Assembly (NCBI GenBank): GCA_027449685.1
Contig: DAIDLC010000009.1
Location: 1,993-65,992 of the forward strand
Origin: Ferrovaceae bacterium
Lineage (GTDB): Bacteria > Pseudomonadota > Gammaproteobacteria > Burkholderiales > Ferrovaceae
DNA length: 64,000 nt
Direction: 5' to 3'
In this document: piece after piece, positions 1-7,816 of the stretch
How the letters are laid out: the number at the start of each line of letters is the position of its first letter
How positions within the stretch are numbered: the first letter of the stretch is position 1
Notes under the pieces: model-generated
Database searches by the model: none
What the model was told of the DNA's origin: nothing
What the model saw: the letters and a program-made list of their open reading frames with translations, nothing else
Translations under genes and position numbers: made by a program

Positions 1-386
1 TCGCCACCACCGGGTCGGCCTGCTTCGATCTGGTTGCGGAATCCGTGGAATCCGAAGATGACCAATGGGGTCCGTGGGTCTGCAAAACGGGTCTGGCGTT
101 TGAAATTCCAGCCGGATACGTGATGCTGATCTACAGCCGGTCGGGACACGGCTTCAAACACGGGTTGCGGCTGGCAAATTGCGTTGGGGTTATCGATGCC
201 GATTACCGTGGCGAGGTCGTCCTGAAACTTACCAAAGATTCCGGCGATGATTATTCCCCACGATGCGGAGAGCGGGTTGCCCAGGCCATGCTGATCCGGT
301 TGCCGGAGTACGAGATCACCGAGGTGGCGCAGTTATCCGATACGTCGCGCGGGGCCGGTGGGTTTGGTAGCACTGGGGCCGTCTGA
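1..386 (+). CDS. dut: dUTP diphosphatase (dUTPase), 5'-truncated by the window edge; phage-like context
   Basis: The frame is open from position 3 (ATTGSACFDLVAES...). dUTPase motifs GVIDADYRGEV and C-terminal SRGAGGFGSTG are present. Stop TGA at 384-386. The GTG at 45 in the ORF track is probably internal. Confidence 0.8.
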   Translation, partial: ATTGSACFDLVAESVESEDDQWGPWVCKTGLAFEIPAGYVMLIYSRSGHGFKHGLRLANCVGVIDADYRGEVVLKLTKDSGDDYSPRCGERVAQAMLIRLPEYEITEVAQLSDTSRGAGGFGSTGAV

Positions 387-388
387 TC

Positions 389-778
389 ATGTGCGAAACC
401 TCGAAACAGCTTTATATGGAGCAGGTCATGCGCGATGGCCTGTTGCTGCGGCTGGTGCCCACGCAAACCGAAGAGCTTTGTCTGGCGGCTGTCCGCCAGA
501 ACGGGCGTGCTCTGCGCTACGTGACGGAACAAACCGAGGCTATCTGTCTGGCGGCGGTCACCAACACATGGGAAGCACTGGTGTTCGTTCGGGAACAAAG
601 CGTTGCCGCCTGCCTGATTGCGGTGCGCCAGCACTCGTGGGCATTGCGTGGCGTGAAACACCAGACCAGGGAAATCGTTGCCGAGGCCGTGCGCTATCAC
701 CACGATGCCGCGCGCCATGTCTCTGACCCTTATCTTTTGCCAGGGGATACTTCGGGACACCTTGAGCGATGTAACTGA
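389..778 (+). CDS. DUF4116-like repeat protein (hypothetical, phage/island associated)
   Basis: ATG lies 2 nt after the dut stop. It has three or more ~24-aa internal repeats of the form CLAAVrqnGrALryVtEQT (LCLAAVRQNGRALRYV / ICLAAVTNTWEALVFV / ACLIAVRQHSWALRGV), typical of DUF4116. Confidence 0.6.
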   Translation: MCETSKQLYMEQVMRDGLLLRLVPTQTEELCLAAVRQNGRALRYVTEQTEAICLAAVTNTWEALVFVREQSVAACLIAVRQHSWALRGVKHQTREIVAEAVRYHHDAARHVSDPYLLPGDTSGHLERCN

Positions 779-852
779 CCCGTTTCCGAGGGGGCATGAA
801 GGGGGCATGAGATTTTTGCGTGTCCAGTATCTGCGCGGGTTTCGGGCCGGAC

Positions 853-875
853 TTCGATTCCCGCCGCCTCCACCA
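853..875 (+). other. Partial tmRNA/tRNA 3' end (T-loop, 3' T-stem, acceptor strand, ACCA); putative attR core
   Basis: The sequence is TTCGATTCCCGCCGCCTCCACCA. The 5' half of the T-stem (GCGGG) is missing directly upstream (ccggac), so this is a fragment and not a gene. An acceptor CGCCTCC-A-CCA implies a 5' GGGGGCG with a G3:U70 pair, as in betaproteobacterial tmRNA. Confidence 0.55.
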
Positions 876-910
876 TTTACCCGTTCTAAACAGTCTCAAG
901 CAGTATCCCG

Positions 911-937
911 AACCCGCCTAAGTGCGGGTTTTTTTAT
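911..937 (+). terminator. Rho-independent terminator (likely the native terminator of the tmRNA/tRNA locus)
   Basis: Stem AACCCGC, loop CTAAGT, stem GCGGGTT, followed by TTTTTTATT. Confidence 0.7.
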
Positions 938-1437
938 TCTGGAACAAGCACAATCCCAGTCTGTTGAAAATGCCAAAGTGTCGGAGGAATTCCTTTCCCG
1001 ATTCCACAGTAGATTCCGGATACCCTTAAAAAAAGCACGATCCAGACAAATCAGAAAACCCCGCTCCAGGGTGGCCACCTCCACATATCCCACTCCCAAA
1101 CCTAGACAACTCGTCCTCTTCCCAGATCCGCCATCCCCCTAAACCCCACACCCCCTGAGAAAATTCTTGTGGTCATAACAAGACGCTCTTAGGGCATCAC
1201 CCTGATTCACTTTCTTCCGCCCTCCAGGATTATTCTACTTGGGGGCTTATTCCGGGATACCTTCCTCATCCCTGCGCGGATTATTGCGGGATTCTCGTGG
1301 CGGAATAATCAGGGCCGCAACACTAGGCAGCAGGAACTGTCTGAGGTGGGGAGCCGGTGTGGTTTGCCGGTGTTGAACCACGAAACTCCACCCGTAACCG
1401 AGTTATCGGCTCAGGTGGAGTAGTTCATTGGGTTCCA

Positions 1438-1466
1438 TTGACAAATTTAGCGCGCCGATGGATACT
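1438..1466 (+). promoter_or_regulatory. Candidate sigma70 promoter of the phd/vapC operon
   Basis: TTGACA, 17 nt, GATACT. It lies ~32 nt upstream of the ATG at 1499, and GGAGG precedes the ATG. Confidence 0.4.
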
Positions 1467-1498
1467 GATGACCGGTCTGACTAGTTACGGAGGCGATC

Positions 1499-1744
1499 AT
1501 GCATACATGGCAGCTACAAGAAGCGAAGAGCCGGTTCAGCGAGGTCGTGGACCTCACGCTCAAGGAAGGGCCGCAACTCGTCACCCGACGCGGTGAAGAG
1601 GCCGTTGTCATCTTGGCGGCCAACGACTACCGCCGTTTGAGCGGCCAAACCACGAACTTGATGGATTGCCTGCTCAATGCGCCGCGCGGCGAACCGCTGG
1701 TGTTTGACCGTTCACGAGAGCCGATCCGGGACCTTGTTCTATGA
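1499..1744 (+). CDS. Type II antitoxin, Phd/YefM family (VapB-type partner of a PIN toxin)
   Basis: The N-terminus MHTWQLQEAKSRFSEVVDLTLKEGPQLVTRRGEEAVVIL matches the Phd/YefM pattern. Its 3' end overlaps the PIN gene by 4 nt (ATGA). Confidence 0.85.
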   Translation: MHTWQLQEAKSRFSEVVDLTLKEGPQLVTRRGEEAVVILAANDYRRLSGQTTNLMDCLLNAPRGEPLVFDRSREPIRDLVL

Positions 1745-2163
1745 GGTATTTGCTGGACACCTGCGTGCTCTCCGAGATGATCAAAAGCGTGCCAGACGCC
1801 AACGTGATCCAATGGTTCCAGGCGCGCAAACCTCATGAACTGTTCATCAGCGCGATGACCTGGGGGGAGTTGAAATGGGGTGTCGCCAGACTGCCCCAAT
1901 CCAAGCGCCGCTCGGATTTGACCCTTTGGCTGGAACAGCTGGAAGCCGGCTTTGAAGACCGAATCTTGGCGTTTGACCAACAGGCTTCGGAAGTCTGGGC
2001 ACAAATGACCGTGCTGGCCGAAGCACAAGGCAAATCCATGGCTGCCTTCGATTCGATCATCGCGGCCACGGCACGTGCATACGACTGCAAACTCGTGACG
2101 CGCAACGTCCGTGATTTCGCGCACGCCGATATCGACGTGCACGACCCGTGGCAAGACCAGTGA
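1741..2163 (+). CDS. vapC: Type II toxin VapC (PIN-domain ribonuclease, FitB-like)
   Basis: The protein begins MRYLLDTCVLSE (conserved Asp). It is 140 aa with acidic residues at PIN positions and is translationally coupled to the antitoxin. Confidence 0.9.
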   Translation: MRYLLDTCVLSEMIKSVPDANVIQWFQARKPHELFISAMTWGELKWGVARLPQSKRRSDLTLWLEQLEAGFEDRILAFDQQASEVWAQMTVLAEAQGKSMAAFDSIIAATARAYDCKLVTRNVRDFAHADIDVHDPWQDQ

Positions 2164-2346
2164 TGCAGATGAGCGTAGTAATCGGCCCTTCCGGCCGCAA
2201 GGCGCTTAGAAGAAACACGGTGCGAGCGTATTTGGTGTAGGGTGGAATAGAGGGTCAGATGAAAAACTTAAACTCATGCGTGAACTGTCTTGACACAGGG
2301 GTCCACTCCAGACTTGCGCGGGTCGCTTCGGACAGTGGAACGAGCA

Positions 2347-2383
2347 TTGACAGCGCAGGCGTCAATTGGCATAATCTGCCAAT
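2347..2383 (+). promoter_or_regulatory. Candidate promoter plus operator of parDE
   Basis: TTGACA (2347-2352), 17 nt, CATAAT (2370-2375). The 7-bp inverted repeat ATTGGCA-taatc-TGCCAAT (2365-2383) overlaps the -10 element. Confidence 0.4.
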
Positions 2384-2405
2384 GCATCTTAGTGAGGAGA
2401 TTGGT

Positions 2406-2687
2406 ATGCCTACGCGTAACGTTGTGCTGACCAACTATCAAGCGTCCTTTGTGGAACGTCTCGTCAGCACGGGCCGGTATCAAAACGCCAGCGAAGTCTT
2501 GCGAGAAGGCTTGCGCATGGTGGAGCAGCGTGAAGCCGAGGATGCCTCACGCCTGGAGGCCCTGCGCAGCGCAGTCAGGGTCGGTGTTGCTGACTTCGAG
2601 CAGGGGCGGTACGCCACCTTTGAATCGGGTGCTCAACTCAGAGGTCACTTGGCGTCCGTGGCCTCGAAGGCCATCGCAGGTGGATGA
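2406..2687 (+). CDS. parD: Type II antitoxin, ParD family (RHH/CopG-like)
   Basis: MPTRNVVLTNYQASFVERLVSTGRYQNASEVLREGLRMVEQRE is a ParD/COG3609 signature. GAGGAG lies 7 nt upstream of the ATG at 2406. The longer ORF from 2259 has no RBS and contains the promoter. Confidence 0.8.
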   Translation: MPTRNVVLTNYQASFVERLVSTGRYQNASEVLREGLRMVEQREAEDASRLEALRSAVRVGVADFEQGRYATFESGAQLRGHLASVASKAIAGG

Positions 2688-3031
2688 GACAAGTTTGGAC
2701 GGTTCGGCTCGGTCAACAGGCTGAACAGGACTACGTTGAGATCCTGCAGTGGACGACCAAGACCTTCGGAGAGGGTCAGGCCATCACCTACGCTGAAACG
2801 ATGGCGCTTGCTATCGAGGCGTTGGAGGGAGGGCCTGATGTTCTGGGCGCCAGAGCCCGCGACGACATCCAGCCAGGCATTCGGACCTTGCACGTCGCGC
2901 GGCAGGGACGTGCGGGGCGACACTTTGTGGTGTTCCGTGTGGCTGGGTCAGACATCGATGTTCTGAGACTGCTTCACGACAGCATGGATCTGCCACGACA
3001 TTTGCCTGCGGCCAACGATCACTCGCCTTGA
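2684..3031 (+). CDS. parE: Type II toxin, ParE/RelE family
   Basis: It overlaps parD by 4 nt and is 115 aa. The motifs ...HFVVFRV..DIDVLRLLHDSMDL are typical of a ParE C-terminus. Confidence 0.8.
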   Translation: MRQVWTVRLGQQAEQDYVEILQWTTKTFGEGQAITYAETMALAIEALEGGPDVLGARARDDIQPGIRTLHVARQGRAGRHFVVFRVAGSDIDVLRLLHDSMDLPRHLPAANDHSP

Positions 3032-3349
3032 CGCACAGCCGACAACGGCATGCGTGGGGCCGTTTTTGGGCGGCGTGACAGATGCGTAGTCGTACGGAAG
3101 AATAAGAAAACCGCTTCAATGTGTTGCTGATGGAAGCCGCCACGACCAATTACGACGGTCGCGGCTGTCTGCTGGTGAACGCGGTGAAGACCCTGAGCAA
3201 CTACACCAACCACGTGTTCCATACCCAGACCGACGCCGCGTTCCAGAGCTACGCCTGGCAGCCGCAGGCCTGAGTCCGCCTGCCTCGGGGGCCTCGAAGC
3301 CTTGGCTCCTGGCCCCCGTTGTAGGCATGACACACGCTGCTTGCGTTGT

Positions 3350-5824
3350 TTATCTGCGCCAGATCTCCAGCCACTTCGGAAGTTCATCTGCAGGCATTGG
3401 GCGTGCAATGCCATAGCCTTGGCCTGTCTCACAGCCCATTTTCAGCAATGTCTGGTATATCTCGGACGTTTCTATGCCTTCCGCAACAGTTTCGTGCCCG
3501 AAGGTTTTGGCCAAGGCGATCACACCTTGCACTATGGCATAGTCTCCTTTGTCATCCAACATATCGCGCACGAAGGATTGGTCTATCTTGAGTGTATGTA
3601 CCGGCAGGTTGCTGAGATAGGACAACGAGGAATAGCCGGTGCCAAAATCGTCCAAAGCAAAATTGACGCCGAATGATCGGCATTCCTCAATGATTCTGAT
3701 CATGTTGGCCATATCATTAAGAGCCGCTGTTTCCACTATCTCGATTTGAAGACTGCCCGGCGGCAATTCCTGGAAACCCGTCACCATCTGGCGCAATTTT
3801 CCGACAAAGTCTACAGACTGCAAATGGAAGGCAGAAATATTGATGCTTAATTCAAGTGGTAACCCAGATCTTTGCCACTCTCGAAGCTGTTTTAGCGCTG
3901 ACACGACAACCCACTCTCCCAGAGTTACTTCCAGATCAGTGTCATCCAACGCATACAGGAATTCTCCTGGCAGCATAAGGCCGCGTTCAGGGTGATTCCA
4001 ACGGATTAGTGCTTCCGCCCCAACCACTCTGCGCGTGCTCAAGCTGACCTTGGGTTGGTAATGCAAGGCGAATTGTCCGCACTCCAACCCGTGAGAGATC
4101 TGATTGAGCAGTGCCATTATGGTGCGGTTACGCTGGTCAGATTTTTGGTCGTACAGGTGGTAACGATTCTTGCCGGCTTTCTTGGCAGAATACATAGCCT
4201 GATCGGCATGTCTTAGTAGCGAGTCCGCATTTCCATCGTCTTCAGGAAATTGCGTTACACCGATACTGGCGCTAAGCGAAAACTGCTTATCACCAACGTC
4301 TATCGGACAGGCGATAGTTTCTAGCATCCGGTCCAGGGTATTGAAACACTTTTCATCTCCTTCCAATCCCATCAGCAGGATGACGAACTCATCGCCTCCT
4401 AGTCGCGCTACGGTGTCTCCGCTACGAATAGAACCTTTTATACGCCGGGCAACTTCAATCAGTACGCTGTCCCCGACCTCATGCCCCATGCTGTCATTAA
4501 TCGGTTTGAAGCCATCCAAATCGAGATAACATACCGTTACCAGGTTGCCATTGCGACTAGCCTGTGCCAAAGACTGTTTCATGCGGTCTGCTAACAGCAC
4601 GCGGTTGGGAATGCCTGTCAGAGCATCATAATAGGCAGTTTGCTCCAGCTGTTTCTCATGCTGCTTAAGGGCTGTGATATCCGTAACCAAACCTTCGATC
4701 AAGTCTTCATCATCTTGAAAAATCCTGCGCATGGAACGGTCATGCACCCATTTCCAATTGCCTTGCGCATCGCGAAGGCGATATTCCAAAGAGAAATGCT
4801 TTTCGCCGCCAGATTCCTCAAGGATTTTCGCAATAGCTGACTGGTCATCCGGGTGAATGGATTCATTCCAGAGAAAAGGATGCGCATACAGATAACTTAT
4901 GGGATGCCCTAACAGGGATTCTGCGTGCGGGCTGTAGTAGATGCCCCCCCGTTTGGTTGAGAAAACGTAAACCACATCTGGGGAGTTTTCGATGAGGCGG
5001 CGGTAACGACTCTCACTCTCAGCTAGTCTTTGTTCGGTCAGCTTGATTTCATGGATGTCCGTGCAAGTGCCAAACCACTTCTGGATTTTTCCACTTTCAT
5101 TCAGCACTGGCACGCCGCGAATCAGCCACCACAGATATTCCCCATCCTTGCGGCGCAGGCGGCATTCTAACGCGTAGATGCCATTATTTTCGACCGCATT
5201 TTTCCAGGCATCCCATGCGCGCTGTTTGTCATCTGGATGAAAGGGCTTGTTCCAGCCGTGACCATAGCTTTCTTCCAACGTCATGCCAGTGTAGTCCACC
5301 CATTGATGGTTAAAATAATTGTTCAGGCCCTCAGGGTCGGTACGCCAGACAATTTGCGGCATCGCCTCTGCCAGTAACTCAAACTCCTTTTCACTTTGCC
5401 GCAATCGCAACTCTGCCGCCTTGCGCTCGGTGATGTCATCGGAATATATGATGATGCCGCCAATTGTGCCATTTGAGGCCTGCCAAGGCCGCGCTTCCCA
5501 TTTAAGCCATTGAACAGAGCTGTCCGCCCGGACAAAACGGTCTTCATCCTTGCACAGGGTCTCTCCCGCCAGGCAATGATGATAGATTGACTTCCAATGC
5601 TCCTGAATCTCTGGAAATATTTCGTAATGTGAATGCCCAATGATATTTCGAGCGCCCAGATGATAGTCGATCATCCAGCGTTGGCTAACAGCAAGATAGC
5701 GCATATCGCGGTCAAACATCGCAACTGCGGAAGAAGAGTTTTGAATGAACATGCCCAAATGCCCGCCCTCAAGGAGGAGAGCATTGCTGGTGGCTTTGCT
5801 TTTATCCAAGTCCGCCATAAGCAA
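3350..5824 (-). CDS. Multi-PAS GGDEF-EAL c-di-GMP signalling protein
   Basis: Several PAS/PAC modules are followed by GGDEF (RLGGDEFVILL) and EAL (EALIRW, DDFGTGYSSLSYL) motifs. 824 aa. Confidence 0.9.
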   Translation of the reverse strand: MLMADLDKSKATSNALLLEGGHLGMFIQNSSSAVAMFDRDMRYLAVSQRWMIDYHLGARNIIGHSHYEIFPEIQEHWKSIYHHCLAGETLCKDEDRFVRADSSVQWLKWEARPWQASNGTIGGIIIYSDDITERKAAELRLRQSEKEFELLAEAMPQIVWRTDPEGLNNYFNHQWVDYTGMTLEESYGHGWNKPFHPDDKQRAWDAWKNAVENNGIYALECRLRRKDGEYLWWLIRGVPVLNESGKIQKWFGTCTDIHEIKLTEQRLAESESRYRRLIENSPDVVYVFSTKRGGIYYSPHAESLLGHPISYLYAHPFLWNESIHPDDQSAIAKILEESGGEKHFSLEYRLRDAQGNWKWVHDRSMRRIFQDDEDLIEGLVTDITALKQHEKQLEQTAYYDALTGIPNRVLLADRMKQSLAQASRNGNLVTVCYLDLDGFKPINDSMGHEVGDSVLIEVARRIKGSIRSGDTVARLGGDEFVILLMGLEGDEKCFNTLDRMLETIACPIDVGDKQFSLSASIGVTQFPEDDGNADSLLRHADQAMYSAKKAGKNRYHLYDQKSDQRNRTIMALLNQISHGLECGQFALHYQPKVSLSTRRVVGAEALIRWNHPERGLMLPGEFLYALDDTDLEVTLGEWVVVSALKQLREWQRSGLPLELSINISAFHLQSVDFVGKLRQMVTGFQELPPGSLQIEIVETAALNDMANMIRIIEECRSFGVNFALDDFGTGYSSLSYLSNLPVHTLKIDQSFVRDMLDDKGDYAIVQGVIALAKTFGHETVAEGIETSEIYQTLLKMGCETGQGYGIARPMPADELPKWLEIWRR

Positions 5825-6095
5825 ATCTTCAAATTTGTCGAGGTGGTCAGGTATAGGTCACCTCAATATAACCACCTGAAAAATTATTCTGCCATTTTTT
5901 GTTGATAAGCTGCCGTTCCAGAACGTCCACAATCGGGACTTCTTTGCCATACGGCATAGTCCGCTCGGGCCAAGTCTACTCCTACGTCGTAATGGCGGCA
6001 ATGGCCGCCACGCGGATGCGCACCATATTCCGCAAAGCCTTATCCGCCGCTACACCTAGCCCATCCGGAAGCAGACTTGGGACGCACGGGATCTT

Positions 6096-6569
6096 TCACT
6101 GGGGTCGATTGTCGTGGCCTGGTCGTGGTCGGCGCAGGTGTGAAAACTGGGCATCGTACGTCTTGCCAACGATATATACCAAGACCCCCGTGGTCCAGCC
6201 GAAAGTGAGCAATCCCGTCATGGCAATGAACAGGGCCAGCTGCCTCCAACCCGGTGGTAGAAGCACGTCCCCATATCCTAGCGTGGTGTAGGTCTCCCCC
6301 GCAAAGTAGAACGCTGTACGAAAACTCTCGATGGCGTGTATCGCGTTCACAGTGCCGGCGATGATGACAATTTCGAGCAAATGGGTCGACATAATCAGGA
6401 TCACCAGAAACAAGAAATAGATTTGACGTCTCCACTCCTTGCGTTCGGCCAGATAGCGTGGCCAATGTATTTCAAAACGGTGCATAACCAGATACATGCC
6501 GATACTGTGGATCAGCATCGAGGCCAATAGCATGAAAACACCGAGCAAAACTTCTTCAAGGGATTGCAT
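6096..6569 (-). CDS. Small potassium-channel family protein (pore-only type)
   Basis: K+ selectivity filter TTLGYGD is flanked by hydrophobic helices. 157 aa, with no obvious cytoplasmic gating domain. Confidence 0.8.
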   Translation of the reverse strand: MQSLEEVLLGVFMLLASMLIHSIGMYLVMHRFEIHWPRYLAERKEWRRQIYFLFLVILIMSTHLLEIVIIAGTVNAIHAIESFRTAFYFAGETYTTLGYGDVLLPPGWRQLALFIAMTGLLTFGWTTGVLVYIVGKTYDAQFSHLRRPRPGHDNRPQ

Positions 6570-6902
6570 GTAAGGGGCGGAACAGGCCTTCTATGAGCCG
6601 GTTGTTGGACTCGAGTTGATTGGTCACCATAAAATATTGAACCATGAATCTGCGTTTGCCAGGTTGAAAAACACAGTTTGCCTCAAAATCCAATAAAAAT
6701 CCTGATGGGGTATTTGAGTTCAATGTTCAAGGGTCAGCAGGCGCACATGGGGTCGGTGATGTATATGAGATGCGGGTCTGGTACGAGGGGGCTCCCGGGA
6801 GCCATTGCTCGCGACGATGTGGTGGCAGTTGATTTAGACTAATCCTCCCATTATTCTGTATCAAGTTTTCCTGGGGCATGCCCCCGATCCGGAGTCCGAC
6901 CC

Positions 6903-7613
6903 ATGATCGATGTGTATTACTGGACGACGCCCAACGGGCACAAGGTGACGATCTTCCTGGAGGAAGCCGGTCTGCCCTACCGGGTCGTGCCGGTGAATAT
7001 CAGCGCCGGCGAGCAATTCAAGCCGGAATTCCTGGCCATCGCCCCGAACAACCGGATTCCGGCCATGGTGGACATGCAGCCCTTCGGCGGCGGCGCCCCG
7101 ATTAGCCTATTCGAGTCCGGGGCCATCCTTCAGTACCTGGCGGAAAAGACCGGCCGCTTTCTTCCACGCGACCCGCGCGGGCGCTTCGAGGTCCTGCAAT
7201 GGCTGTACTGGCAGATGGCAGGATTGGGCCCAATGGCCGGACAGAACCATCATTTCGTGCAATACGCGCCCGAGCGCATCCCCTACGCCATCGATCGCTA
7301 CGTGCGGGAAACCGGCCGCCTGTACGCGGTGCTCGACAGGCGACTGGCGGGGCGCGAGTTCATCGCGGGCGACTATTCGATTGCTGACATGGCCTGCTAC
7401 CCCTGGATCGTTCCCTACGAGCGCCAACGCCAACGGCTGCAGGACTTCCCGCACCTGTACCGCTGGTTTCAGGTCATGGCGGCGCGCCCGGCAGTACAGC
7501 GGGCCTATGCCCTGGCACGGGACATCAATACCGAGCCAGTGGTCAGCGAGCACTCCCGCGGTCAACTGTTCGGCCAATCAGCCACGAACCCCACAGGAGT
7601 ATCCATCCCATAG
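6903..7613 (+). CDS. yfcG: Nu-class glutathione S-transferase / GSH-dependent disulfide reductase (YfcG-like)
   Basis: The N-terminus MIDVYYWTTPNGHKVTIFLEEAGLPY is close to E. coli YfcG along its length, as are SLFESGAILQYLAEKTG and GQNHHF. Confidence 0.85.
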   Translation: MIDVYYWTTPNGHKVTIFLEEAGLPYRVVPVNISAGEQFKPEFLAIAPNNRIPAMVDMQPFGGGAPISLFESGAILQYLAEKTGRFLPRDPRGRFEVLQWLYWQMAGLGPMAGQNHHFVQYAPERIPYAIDRYVRETGRLYAVLDRRLAGREFIAGDYSIADMACYPWIVPYERQRQRLQDFPHLYRWFQVMAARPAVQRAYALARDINTEPVVSEHSRGQLFGQSATNPTGVSIP

Positions 7614-7816
7614 CAGGGAGCAGCCCACCATGCAAGACCGCCTTGCTCTGGATAATTGTTTCCATGATAATTTTCACTGGGCATTTTCAGGGGTAATCTG
7701 AAATTTAAGAAAAAATAAAATTCAAATAACTGTACACGGTTGTCCAAAAATCAATAGGTCACGTTTTAACGCTTTCGCAGACATTCTTCAACAACCTCGC
7801 TCTCAGGAGAGCCACT

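Larger units (their letters stand above)
1..875. mobile_element. Distal end of an integrated prophage/genomic island, ending at a tmRNA/tRNA-3'-end-like att fragment
   Basis: Phage-type cargo (dUTPase, DUF4116) is followed 75 nt later by a 23-nt tRNA-like 3' end with no complete RNA gene upstream. An intrinsic terminator follows immediately. Confidence 0.45.

Noticed and set aside
1066-1090. A possible second, degenerate copy of the att core (GGCCACCTCCACATATCCC versus CGCCGCCTCCACCATTTACCC) that would mark tandem islands.
   Set aside because: Only a CCTCCAC core and scattered flanking matches are shared. That is too weak to separate from chance in a C-rich tract.
678-1142. A 154-aa + strand ORF spanning the att fragment and terminator, together with the 896-1099(-) ORF.
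   Set aside because: It reads through a tRNA-like 3' end and an intrinsic terminator. Its composition is Pro/Arg/Ser-rich, and it has no motifs.
2259-2405. The N-terminal extension of the parD ORF, which gives 142 aa from the ATG at 2259.
   Set aside because: The extension contains the TTGACA-17-CATAAT promoter and operator. A GAGGAG RBS precedes the internal ATG at 2406, and ParD-family antitoxins are ~80-95 aa.
5847-5957. A 36-codon minus-strand ORF (MPYGKEVPIVDVLERQLINKKWQNNFSGGYIEVTYT) between the K+ channel and GGDEF-EAL genes. Its 3' end overlaps a GAGGTG/CACCTC hairpin.
   Set aside because: It has no convincing RBS and no recognisable family, and it is too short to assess without conservation or expression data. 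It is recorded only as a candidate for small-protein screens.
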